A stretch of DNA of 64,000 nt from Perna viridis (taxonomy: Eukaryota), in the NCBI GenBank assembly GCA_037379345.1, contig CM074521.1, forward strand, positions 32,264,704-32,328,703. The letters are read 5' to 3'. Below, piece after piece: positions 25,521-37,107 of this stretch. Under the pieces are notes generated by a model, which saw only the letters and a program-made list of their open reading frames with translations, was not told the DNA's origin and did no database searches. How positions within the stretch are numbered: position 1 is the first letter of the stretch; each line of letters starts with the position of its first letter. Position numbers and translations under genes: made by a program.

Positions 25521-25935
25521 TTGTTGTTTTGTTTGTTAGGGTTTAACGTCCGAGCAGCAATATTTCAGCTATATTCAGACGATGAACATGAAATGGATGA
25601 TAAAATGAACATGAAATGAAAAAAAAAAGGATGGGTCACAAGGATAATAGGGTCGACAAATTTTGATTGCCACTGGGAAAAGGGGGATGGGTAAGGTCGG
25701 GCAATTTAGCCTCCTGTGGCGGAGCGCAAAGGTTCCTACTCCTATCGAATGCCACAGCGGGGTTCTTTAACGTGCGAGGAACGTGGCATCTTTCCAAACA
25801 GGTGCACCACTATGGTTTGCGGTCAGGTTTTCCGTATTATAGCCTGATAGGTTTCTGAGCACTATTTAGTCGCCTTATACGACAAGCTTAGCGCTGCTGC
25901 AGGCCTATTCTTTTAACACCCGGACCTGCACGGGG
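25521..25935 (-). mobile_element. Family A short retroelement, copy 2 (internal deletion of about 100 bp)
   Basis: Perfect 13-bp TSD ccattgaagaacg at 25508-25520 and 25936-25948; (AAAC)n-type tail. Confidence 0.88.
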
Positions 25936-26699
25936 CCATTGAAGAACGAGTTGAGTCTGTAAGGCAGGGAGCGGGTATGTCACATTCTATGTATAGTAAC
26001 AATACATGTAGTTTCGTTTTACCTGACGTCATACACGATCAATATCAGTCGAAATAAGTGATTTGCAATTTAAGCTAAAATTAAACAAAAACCAATGGAG
26101 ATTTTTATGTTAATAACTAATACATGTATAAACATTTTGTGTTTTTAACATAATGCTACTTGGATCAGCTTTACATGAACGTTATACAGCTCATTACAAT
26201 TCTACTTGACCAACATAATTCATTCATACTTAAAGCTAAGACATCTTGTATTGGTGACTTCTGTAGAGTACTTACATATATAATGAATTGCGTAACGTAT
26301 TCCTAAAATAAGTGACAAAAAATTTTTAATATATTCATAATGGGCAAGCAATTTCCATCACCAAATCGGTAGATCTAATGCATAATGTAACATTAGCCCA
26401 AACAGTCCAAGCCTTGAAAACATCCCTATTCGGCAATACATGTATATATGGACATGCAAAATTATTCTGTATATAAAACAGCATACTAAGGGTACGATGG
26501 TTTCACAAAATATATCAAGTCATAATAAGCCGTCATCTTAAAGTATTCATGCAAAAAATCGATAAGTATACATTTAAATTGTTGAATACATGTACATGTA
26601 TTAAATAGGAAGCATCTCCATAATATTGCCATTTACGCAGCAACACATTTATTGTGACAAAATTCAAGATGAATCCCAACAAGAAACAATCTAGTCAAA

Positions 26700-26830
26700 A
26701 ATACTTACCTTTACTTATAATATTAATTATCTCTTATCATAAGGTTATTCTCCCTGTCACATTTTCTCTCCAGTTGACGTCTGCGCAGACGAACAAATCG
26801 ATGACGGTGTCTGTTGCTACATTGAACATG
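26700..26830 (-). promoter_or_regulatory. Candidate non-coding first exon / promoter of secernin
   Basis: Minus-strand AAG|GTAAGT donor at about 26708 and CRE-like TGACGT near 26774. The secernin ATG lies 3 nt after an AG acceptor (23279), so an upstream exon is expected. Confidence 0.3.
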
Positions 26831-27369
26831 TGTTATGCGTCTAACAATTACGCTTAGCTAACTGGGATGATGCCAGGATCGTTAAAAAGTTAAAAACAAT
26901 TGATTAAGTCATTCAAGATGCTTATTTCAGTTATCTTTTATCTATGTATTTTTTTTATCTTTATCTTTATTAATTATACGATGAGAGAGATAACACAATA
27001 ATCTTTGAAGTTAACAGGTTTGATTTATAATGTTCAATTTATTAGCAGCTGATAACATTTGCCAAATTTTGTCTTCGCAGTTGAAAAAAGATATCCGAGC
27101 TAGAATTTGATCCTTGTGTATAAAACCGTGACAGGCAATTCATTTTGAAAATATAAATTATAAATAAACAAAACAAAAAGTGTTGATATTTTTATTCAAT
27201 TCAATCGAACGACACTGCATATACTGACTTTCTGTCTACATTTTGTACCTCAAAGACGCTGTCAATTTCGACTTCCTCTAATTAAAATCGACTAGAAGGG
27301 CATTTCTATACTTAAATCTTGGCAGCAGTACATACTCATTATGACTGCATTCTTTCTTTAAAAAACCAT

Positions 27370-27660
27370 CTCGGCTCGGTGGTTTCTTGGTGTGACTCTG
27401 GAGGTCGTGGGCTCGATCCCCGTTCGGGTCACTCAGTAGTTGCTTTTCTCAAAGCACGTGACATTTTGGATAAGTATATTGACGATTGGTTGGATCGGAG
27501 TAACAATATTGTGTCTATGTGGGGTAACAGCTGCAGACCTTTCTGTTTATTCATAAAAATCCGACTCTGCGTGTCGAACTAATTCAAATTATTCAATTCA
27601 GTCAGGTCAGTTGATCAAACGTATTTGTCCTGAAATGAATGGAATATCTTCTACATGACA
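27370..27660 (+). mobile_element. Degraded tRNA-headed SINE (mollusc V-SINE/RUDI-like; family inferred)
   Basis: B-box-like ggtcgtgggctcgatccccg followed by a gattggttggatcggag..tgtgtc body. Confidence 0.5.
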
Positions 27661-29004
27661 TCGATTACTCTACATCTATATACAAGCAAGACTTTCAAAG
27701 CTCAGTTCTGAATTCCATAGAATATTATGTGTCTTATTATATAGTTGCATTTACAAATTGTCTTCATGATTGCAACAATTGAGTATCAAAACATAACTTA
27801 ATGTAAAAAATATTTCAAAAGTGATTTAAAACAGTCAAGCTAAAATCTTATAAAGGATTCGAAGTCAACTTGCATTAACATGCTAAATTGTAAAATAGTG
27901 CTCATATTCAATGTATACTTATATAATTCAATACTATAGCTCAACAAATAGACAGCAAGTTCGTTAATATTTAGCATCGTACATTTGCGCTTAACCCAAG
28001 CAAAATTTTGATGAACATTTTTCAAATTGCTTTCAGGAAAAATTTGGAGCCTCGGAATTTGACCCCTTTCCCCTTTAAACATCTCTGAAACCGTCACAAT
28101 CATGTGGTACTTCTCGTTTTTTGTGTGGGAAATGAGGTGGAGGTTGTTCATGTGAAAGCAACAACTATGTCAATTTTGAATCCTGTTTAAAATCATGTAA
28201 GGCCGGATCAATTTACTCTGAGAAAGAAGGGTGTCAACCGGAGTTCCTCAGAAAAAGGACATTATATGCCATTTTTGTCAATTTTACACATGAAAATGTC
28301 AAAGAAAAAGAAAAAAAAAGAAATGCAATGATAAAAGAAAAGAAATAAAAAATAATAATTAAAAATGACACAGCTTCCCGTTTGATATTATGTTATCGAT
28401 GTGCAAATCTATTCCCCCCTTCAAATAACGAAAAATAACAATTGAATCTCACCATTTACGAATATAAAAATTTATTCTCCTACAACTTCAAGGTAAACAT
28501 GACGTGCCATTTTATTGCCAAAAAAAATGTGTCCGTTAGTCTGTCTCTAAATGGTTTCCAGGTGACAACTGGACACAAGATTGATTAGCGAAAGTCAATA
28601 CTTAGAATACAGATCAAACTTCGATTTTCTGCACAATATATTTGTATCCCCACGTGTGTTGTTCTCGAGCTGTTGGAAATTAATTTCGCCACATCCGGCC
28701 GTTTAATGCTACAATAGCATAATAATTTTTAACTTCGAACAGATAAACAATATTTTTTAGCACCATTCCATCTATAGTTCCCCAGTTTTGCCATTTTCAA
28801 CCTTTGTCTCAGTAGTACTAGCATAGGAGCCTCAAATATTATCCGACTTGACTCCCTTTTTTATTCAAAAACATTGTTTGCTATTCAACATAAGGAAAAA
28901 TAAATTAAAAGTCTACTCGCATGGATTCATTAATAATCGTGACCACATTTGGAATAGTCGAATACATACACTTATGTACAGTATTTATTTATAGAAAATA
29001 AGAA

Positions 29005-29275
29005 GTCACGTGATGTGAACAGACCTGTATTATCGACCAAATATTAATAGTATTATCATAATGTGTGCGCAGCGATGAGCAGGATGTGACGCCGGTTAAA
29101 AATACACACGACCACAATGCACACGACATCTGTATATTTATGAACGATATTCTTTGCTGGTCATTTCCATATAATATTGTACAAGGTAAGATACATTGAG
29201 ATTCTTATTATTTATGACTGCATATTTCAATAATATTGAACATATTCTATGAGTCGTCCTCGCTGAGCAGGACGC
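29005..29275 (+). promoter_or_regulatory. Candidate promoter / non-coding first exon of the zinc-finger gene
   Basis: E-box GTCACGTGA at 29005-29013, local CpG enrichment, strong donor AAG|GTAAGA at 29185/29186, and an orphan acceptor at 33499 upstream of the CDS. Confidence 0.35.
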
Positions 29276-29940
29276 AAGGTGTACACAATTGTCTGACCTT
29301 GTTGATCGATTTATTCAGCCTTTTGATTTTTAAAATAATGTGAAATGGAATGTGAATGGACGACCTTATCCAATAAGCACCTTATTTTATCTAAATGTGT
29401 GAATTTTGCAAAAAATGGGGGGAGGGATTCTTTCTAATTGTTGACACCAACTGTTAAAATGGTTATCGATTTCTACTCAATCATTGTTATGGATAGGTTT
29501 ATGAATCATATTATGTTTGGAAGTATTGAAAAGTGAGAAATGCATGTACGTAAAGTTAACTCACCGATAACAAAATGATCTTGAAAAAAGATCTTAATTA
29601 AAAGGGGTCTATTTCCCCTTAACAATTTTTAGAAAAGTGAATACGCACCTTATCCCCACCCCTTCTACCCCGGCTGTTCTCAACTCCTTATCACAGGGAA
29701 AATAATTATCTGCTAAGTCATGTTTCTCTCTTAATTATGTTTGAAAATCATGTGGATACAAAAATATGAAGGAGTAGAGGATCGGAAATGTTGGTTTGAG
29801 AGAATACTTAATTATACGTTTTGAAAAAATCAAATTCATGTATGAATTAAAAAGACTTATGTTTACTATACATAGTTTTTATACGCATGTGTTTTTAAGA
29901 ATTATTTATTCGAAAGAAAATCATGTTTGGCATGACTGTC

Positions 29941-30099
29941 NNNNNNNNNNNNNNNNNNNNNNNNNNNNNNNNNNNNNNNNNNNNNNNNNNNNNNNNNNNN
30001 NNNNNNNNNNNNNNNNNNNNNNNNNNNNNNNNNNNNNNNNNNNNNNNNNNNNNNNNNNNNNNNNNNNNNNNNNNNNNNNNNNNNNNNNNNNNNNNNNNN
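29941..30099. other. Assembly gap (159 N)
   Basis: Run of N. Confidence 1.
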
Positions 30100-30159
30100 C
30101 ATAATGCATTCCATTCTTACAACAAATGATTTGATATGATAAGAATAGAATACCCACTT

Positions 30160-30850
30160 AGGAAACCCACATGTACTTAAGGCACTCACATGTTCTTTTA
30201 TCACCCGCATATACCCACATGCATTAAGAGCACCCACATGTACTTAGATCACCCACATTTACTTTGGACACACTCATGTATAAGGACACCTTCATGTATA
30301 AGGCCACGCACATGTACTTAAAGCACACATATGTGATAAGAGTACTCACCTGTACTTAGAACACTCATATGTACTTAAAGCACATACATGTATTAGGACA
30401 CCCTCAAGTACTAACATGTACTTAGAGCATCCACATGTAGTTAGGACACCCACATGTACTTAGTGCCCCACATGTACTAAGGGCAACCATGTGTACATAG
30501 AGCACCCGCATGTACTTAGGACACCAACATGTACTTAGGACACTCACATGTACTTAGTGCACCCAAATGTACGTATAGGACACCAAAATGTACTTAGGAC
30601 ACCCCACATGTACTTAGATCACCAACTTGTATTAAAACACCCCCATGTACCTAGAGCACCCACATGAGCTTAGGACACTCACATGTACTTGGAACACCTA
30701 CGTGTGCTTAGAACACCCACATGAGCTTAGGACACCCACATGTACTTTCAGCACCCACATGAACTTACAGTACCCATATGTACTTGTACTTGCAGCACCC
30801 ACATGTACTTAGGAAACTAATATATACTTAGAGCACCCACATGTACTTTA
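30160..30850. repeat. Minisatellite, about 20-bp unit (cacccacatgtacttagga/gag)
   Basis: More than 30 degenerate units just right of the gap. Confidence 0.9.
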
Positions 30851-31354
30851 AGTCGGTCTTTCAACCGAAACCTTTGTTATCATTTTTATTTGGGTACAGG
30901 GGCGGATCAAGATTTTGAAAGGAATCCAGAAAAAGGGCGTTCAAGGCTGTATATTATTTGCTTTTATCCCAAATTTTGCACGAAATTTACAAAAAAAAAA
31001 ATTCTGAAAGATGGATGGGGTGCCGCCATTATGACGTCCATCTTATAAATGTTCGCTTGATAGTTAAACCTTTCATCTCAGCAAAAAAGATTAAAGGTAA
31101 TAATGCCTTATTCTCTTTAAGAAAATTGTGTACTCAAAAAATGAATAACCAGTTCCGCAATAAGTGCATAATACACCCGTCCCCACTTTTGTGCAAACTG
31201 AACAACCACCACACCTTGTAAACAAGAAAAAAAAGGATTTAGTTCATAAAGATGTACAGACATAGTGATCACCATAAATAACAAATCTGAAAAGTCTGAA
31301 GCATTTCAAATAAGGCATATACATGTACCAACCTATTTTATGTACAACTGCAAA

Positions 31355-33392
31355 TAAATGTGGTCGTATAGATAATGGTATTGTACTGTCGTTTGTCGTC
31401 GTCGTCCTTGTCGTCGTCATGGTCCGATGACACTTGATTTTCGTTCGATAACTTGAACATTAGTTGGTTTATCTTTTTAAAAATTCTTACAAGTTTTCAA
31501 TCCACAAAAGGACGTTGAGTATTGATTTTGGGGATATGGTTTCAACAGATTTAAAAGAAAGGACCAAAACGGGGGCAAACAAACACAGAAATCCAGATAA
31601 GAATGGATCAAATGAGTGAAATCGCCCTTCATTTCTCAATAATATGGGATGAAAACATATATTTTATTTTCTTGACTAAAATATCACTCCCTCAATATGA
31701 TATTAATTGAGTAATTGATAGTATGCAATTCATACAACTATTATAAGTTTTTTTTTTCATGTTAAGACATATGAAACACATTAAAATGCTATCAAATTAT
31801 CAAGGAACAAAAACAGACTAAGTAAAGCTCCTACCAAACACACTGTTGTTCCTTCGTCTTTAATCAAAAATTGCTTCCTTGAGCAATATTTTTACCCTTC
31901 AAATCTTTCTTAATGGTATTTCAATTTTTTTCTGTTGGATTTTAAGACTCATTTGATGATCAAACATAGGATTTTTGCCCATTTTAATTGAGTAATTGCT
32001 CTCTGGAGCTCTGCAAAAATACGCATTGGATAGGATTTAACTAAATAACTCCAGTAAAGTAAGGGATGTTTTACATGTATGATATTGTTCTATAAACAAA
32101 GTCTTGTTTGAACTAGGATTTTTTTTGGAATTAAGTAAATACGTAAGAAATAAAGTATGAAATTTAACCTTCCAATGGGGGTTAGTCATAGTTATGACTA
32201 AGGGGGTGGAGATAGTAAGTTTTCCATACTTTTTGTTATCCAACTAAGGGGTTCGTTTCAGAAATTATTTAAGTCAATTTCAATTCCAAATTCAAATAAA
32301 ACAGTGTTCGTACCACAATGGACAGACTGGTTTTTAATTTGGGAGTTTTGACTTGAACATGTTAAACAAGCCTTTTCCTTACATGTATTACATGCATGTA
32401 TAGACAACAGCAATGGATCCCTTTGAAATTGTATTGCAAGGTGCCATACGGCCAACGGGTAAGGTTGATTTTAGTGGTTAAGACTTGAACCTTTTTGGAA
32501 TTACGGGCCAAAAGGGGGCCTAAAACAAGCATTTTCGTGTGTCCAGACAATGGCTTGAGTAAAAGTGAATGTATCGGTTTAAAATTGCATTACAATGTGT
32601 CATATCATTAAAGGAAGACTGTTATTTTTTTAAGGGTTATGAGTAGTACAGAATAAGAATAAGGGTCCAGAAACAAATTTCAAGTTTGAATGTGCGTCCA
32701 TACCTACTCCAATTCCTCAGGGTAAGACCTCTGTGGTCGTATCGAGCTGCGCTCTGTGAAGTATTTTATGGACGTTTAAAGAAAAATAGTTACAGGTCCT
32801 TAGGTTAGTATAATAAATTATAGTTTAAAATTTGAAACAGTTCAGGTAAGGTAAGCTTTCTTTATGACCCCCCCCCCCCCTTAGTTCAAAAACTAAGAAG
32901 TCCTATTCTATATATTGGCCAAAAAGGATTATGCATGTCAGATCATAATAGTTACAATGTAACAACTTTGTAAATTTTCAAGGAAATAAATGAGTGTTCT
33001 CAAGGTATGGTGCGACATGTGATAACTACTATTTTTAACATTCAATGGTAACTCCAGAGAAGGAAATCAAAATGTCACCCACAATTAACAACACCTTCGA
33101 GCAAGAAGGAAAGCAAATGTGTGGAGTAGGCGTTTTAAAGATATGGCGCGACATGTAAAATCTTGATTCTTGCTTTAGACTAAGTCCGATCTCTGAAACT
33201 TAACATTGAATTTTCTCAAGAAGCATACAGATCATTAGACCAGCATTACTAAATATGTGTAAAGGTTTATTGAACAAGGCTTTCTCAAGTTCCATTGCAA
33301 ACGTCGGCTGGACGGACGGACAGACATACAAACGGACATGTTCATACCATTATAAACACGACCCGATCCTTCTTTGACCGTCGTATAAAAAG
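31355..33392. mobile_element. Cluster of Helentron/HINE-like non-autonomous repeats upstream of the zinc-finger CDS
   Basis: (GTC)n microsatellite head at 31390-31420; (GGAC)n microsatellite, short hairpin and gtataaaaa end at 33308-33392; degenerate internal repeats. Boundaries approximate. Confidence 0.5.
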
Positions 33393-33529
33393 GCAAATAT
33401 CAGATTTTTTAAACTTTGTGCTATGAATTCACATGCTGGCAAATATGCATGGTTAACTAAACCACTTCACAACTTTTTAAATTAGAATATTGCTTCCAGG
33501 TTCTGTCTAGTTTCATACTGCTGACAAAC

Positions 33530-35673
33530 ATGGCTGGAGGAGGCAATGAGTGTCGCATGTACATTCAAGACAATACGTGTTGCCAGGACGCCGGTAAACA
33601 AAATTGTCATTATTTCAATGGACAGAAGATAAACCATGATCCGCCATTCGTAAAAGAAGAACCAACGGACCAATATCCTACGGAACCTGGTGAGACAAGC
33701 GATGACAGTACAGAAATGACAAATGGTGGACAAAATAGCATCTACGACAACCTGTTCTTAACACCAACAGTTGATGAAAGTCAGGAGGGAGATAAAACCG
33801 TTTCTGGTGGAATATTATTGAATAAAATGATTGAAAGAATGTGGGAGAGTGTCTTGTCTAGAGATAACTGTACGAATGAACACCATTTGGATTACACGTC
33901 TCCAGAGAAAGGGACAATTAACCAATCAGAACTAGCCTGTGACAATGATTATTCATACGATACGATGGAGTTGGATAAGCCGGAACAAACAATTAACAAA
34001 CTGGTCATCAAAGTTCCATCTCCGAATAAAATATATAGGAAGCAAAATTCACAGCAGCGATCTCAGACTGGTCCGGACCCTAAGTATGAATACTTTAATA
34101 AAAATATTGAGATTTTCAAATCGAATGGGCCTATGAAGATTAAACCGAGGAAACCAAAACTGAAAAATCTACCGACGGGAAACGAATTAGAGAAAATGTT
34201 GTTTGTTGAAAATGACGATTACGTCAAAGAAACAGAACAACAGGAAAAAGACGAATACACAAAAAAGGGATACGCCAAGCCGTATAAATGTGATATTTGT
34301 AAGAAACTGTTCAGCCAAACTGGCCACCTGAATCGTCATATGCGAATCCATACAGGAGAGAAACCCTACAAGTGTGATGTATGTGGGAAAGAGTTCAGTC
34401 AGAGTGGAGATAAAGCGAGACATGAACGTACTCACTCAACATACCGACCATACCAGTGCTTCATCTGTGACCGAGAATTCAACCAGACGGGTCATTTACA
34501 GCGCCATTTGGTTATACATACAGAGCATATTGTGTACAGAAATGACGGAGAATTCGACGAGGGACTTTCTCGACAGAAATATATGGAGGCAAAAGAGGCT
34601 GCGCTCGATAAAACCCAAACTTGCCCGTTGTGTGGAAAAGTATTTGTGAAGAAGTATCTTTTCGAACGCCATGTTCGTTCCCATACCGGAGAAACCCCAT
34701 ACAGATGTGAAGAATGTGGCAAGGCATTCACCCGTAAAGACCGTCTTTATATTCACAAACGGATACACTCAGGAGAAAAACCTTATACTTGTAAGGAATG
34801 TGGAAAAGGGTTCAATCAAGGCAGCCATCTCAAATCTCATCTTCGAACACACACAGGTACATGCACGTTCAACCTATTGTTTTGAAAGTTTATTGGTTTA
34901 TTTATAGAAAAAATGTAGATCATGCATATGTTATTCATATTGATAAATTATATCACTTCTAACATTTGTTGCATAGGCAGTCAGAAAACAAACTTTTCTC
35001 AATGTATGGAAACAAGTAAAGGGCATAGCATAAGTGCTGACTTGTGGTTCAATAGACCAAATTACGTGTATGTGACTCTGATTTTTGCTTTTAAACACAC
35101 TTTAAGAAATTAATGATCTCATTCATTGTGATCGACATTTGCACTAATATACATGTACAGACAGTTCAGTAGTTCGTTGAGATACAAACCTATATATACT
35201 TAACGATACCAAATTACACACCCATCATGGCTTATATGTGCTTAGTTTTTGTTTACTTACATTTTCTCTCGTTTTCCTCAGGTGATAAGCCGTACGCGTG
35301 TAACCATTGTGGGAAAAGATTCGCACAGTCATGTGACAGGAAGAAACATGAGCGTATTCATACAGGTGAAAGACCATACGCATGCCCATTATGCGACAAA
35401 GCTTTCAACGAGAGTCAGCAATTATGGAAGCATTCACGCTATCATGACGAAGTAAAAGAGAAAGGTCAAAACTTTAAATGTCGGACATGTGATAGCCAGT
35501 TTGAGTTTTGTGCACAGTTTATTCATCATATCCGGGAGCACGAGAAAGAAAGATGCTCTGAAGTTTTCCAAGTTGGTGATCCGGGAAAGCTTCACAGCGA
35601 TGTAGTGGATCATCTAACATTAGAGAAACGGACAGACGGAGAGTCGGAAAACTTTGAAGTAGGTGCTGGATGA
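33530..35673 (+). CDS. C2H2 zinc-finger protein, about 572 aa, 9 fingers. Exons 33530-34856 and 35282-35673
   Basis: Nine CxxC-x12-HxxxH units with TGEKPY-type linkers. A phase-1 GT-AG intron splits HTG|DKPY. An acceptor at 33499 has 10 open in-frame codons before the ATG, so an upstream exon is likely. Confidence 0.9.
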
Positions 35674-36369
35674 TGTATGACGAACTTCGGTGATGTTTAA
35701 ATGGCATACGTGCATGGTGCTGCCACGGGGGAATTTATAAAATATTGTTTCTAACATACATAACACATAGCTAAAGGTTTTATGTAGTAGTGATTATAGA
35801 CAAGAAAAAATCGAGCGAACTGATTGGCCCCTAAAAACAAATGATTATTATGTTTTTATTTTATTATTGTACATATATTGTATGTATGAATAGAGTGGTA
35901 CTGATAGCAATGAATATTTTTCTTGTGCTGAAGTAGTTTAAATTTTCCTAAATTTTCTATTTACAAACAAAATCCTTGTGGATGGAAAATCTTTGAAAGT
36001 ACACTTAAGATACTAAAATTATTGCAATTTTAGATTTTTCCTGACATCCTATTTAAGACTTGTAAAGGAGTCATCCTCTGGTAAGAATAATGGTTTATAG
36101 AGACATAAAAATCTTCCATACAAATTAGACTCGTGTAGTTTGCTTTGTGCAATTTTTTCTCTCCCATGGAAAAATTTGAGATTTACCCAAGCGTAAAATT
36201 ATGTTTTTCAGCAGGGTAAAATTTTATTTAAAAATCTATATTGGTTAGAATTTGAGTCCATGGCTGAGTTACAACAATGATCAAATTGGAAATTAATATT
36301 TCACCCTAAACCATTTAAAAAAAGCAAATTTACCAAACGATGGTTTCTTTGCAAGTATTGACAAGGATA

Positions 36370-36890
36370 TCAAAGACGAGACTATGGTATTGTGTTTCCA
36401 GCGTCCACGTTAAGAGTTTTCAGATTAAGTTTTCTGATAAGATAAAGGTAACAGATATGGTGAAACGCAACAAATGCACCATCGTATAATTCCTATAAAG
36501 TAATAAATACAGAGATCGGGAAAAGGTCAGTTTGATATGAACCATGCACTTATGCTATGTCAATCATATTTGCAATACAGTTGCTTTAGCATCACTCTAC
36601 CAAATATTTATTATTTATCTATTTTGGAGCATATGCCCCGCAATTACGGTCTATTAACTTGAAATTTTATACATCACATTACGATTTTCACGTTAAGTTT
36701 TCTGATAAGGTCAGTCTGAAATGCATCACTTATGCTAGGTCAATCATATTTGTTATGCAGTTGCATAAAAATCACTCCACGACAGTTCTGTATCCATTTC
36801 GTGCATATGCCCCCGCAATCACGTCTATTAACTTCTGAGATATTATCACTTAGTCACAATTCCATATAATAAGCAAAATTTAAACTATAA
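36370..36890. mobile_element. HINE-like repeat with internal direct repeats, apparently interrupted by the LINE (may continue at about 41660-41820)
   Basis: Two copies of ttaagttttctgataag..aggtcagt..cacttatgcta.gtcaatcatatttg..gcatatgccccgcaat.ac..tctattaactt. Confidence 0.5.
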
Positions 36891-37107
36891 TATGAATGAA
36901 TAATGAATGAATGAATGAATAAATAATTTATTAACGTGCAACCTGAATTTTTCATGTTCAAATATATAGATTACAGATATATTTTCAGCCAGCCAGATAG
37001 GCTTACGAAGCACAGTCATATGTACACATTAAGTTAAGTAGAAAATGAGGGTTCTATGAATTTAACATCATTTGTTATAGGTAAAATAAGTTTGAATAAG
37101 CAAGTTT

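Noticed and set aside
29796-30237. ORFs spanning the N run
   Set aside because: Open only because of undetermined bases.
33482-34907. Antisense and alternative-frame ORFs over the zinc-finger exon
   Set aside because: Shadows of the real C2H2 CDS.
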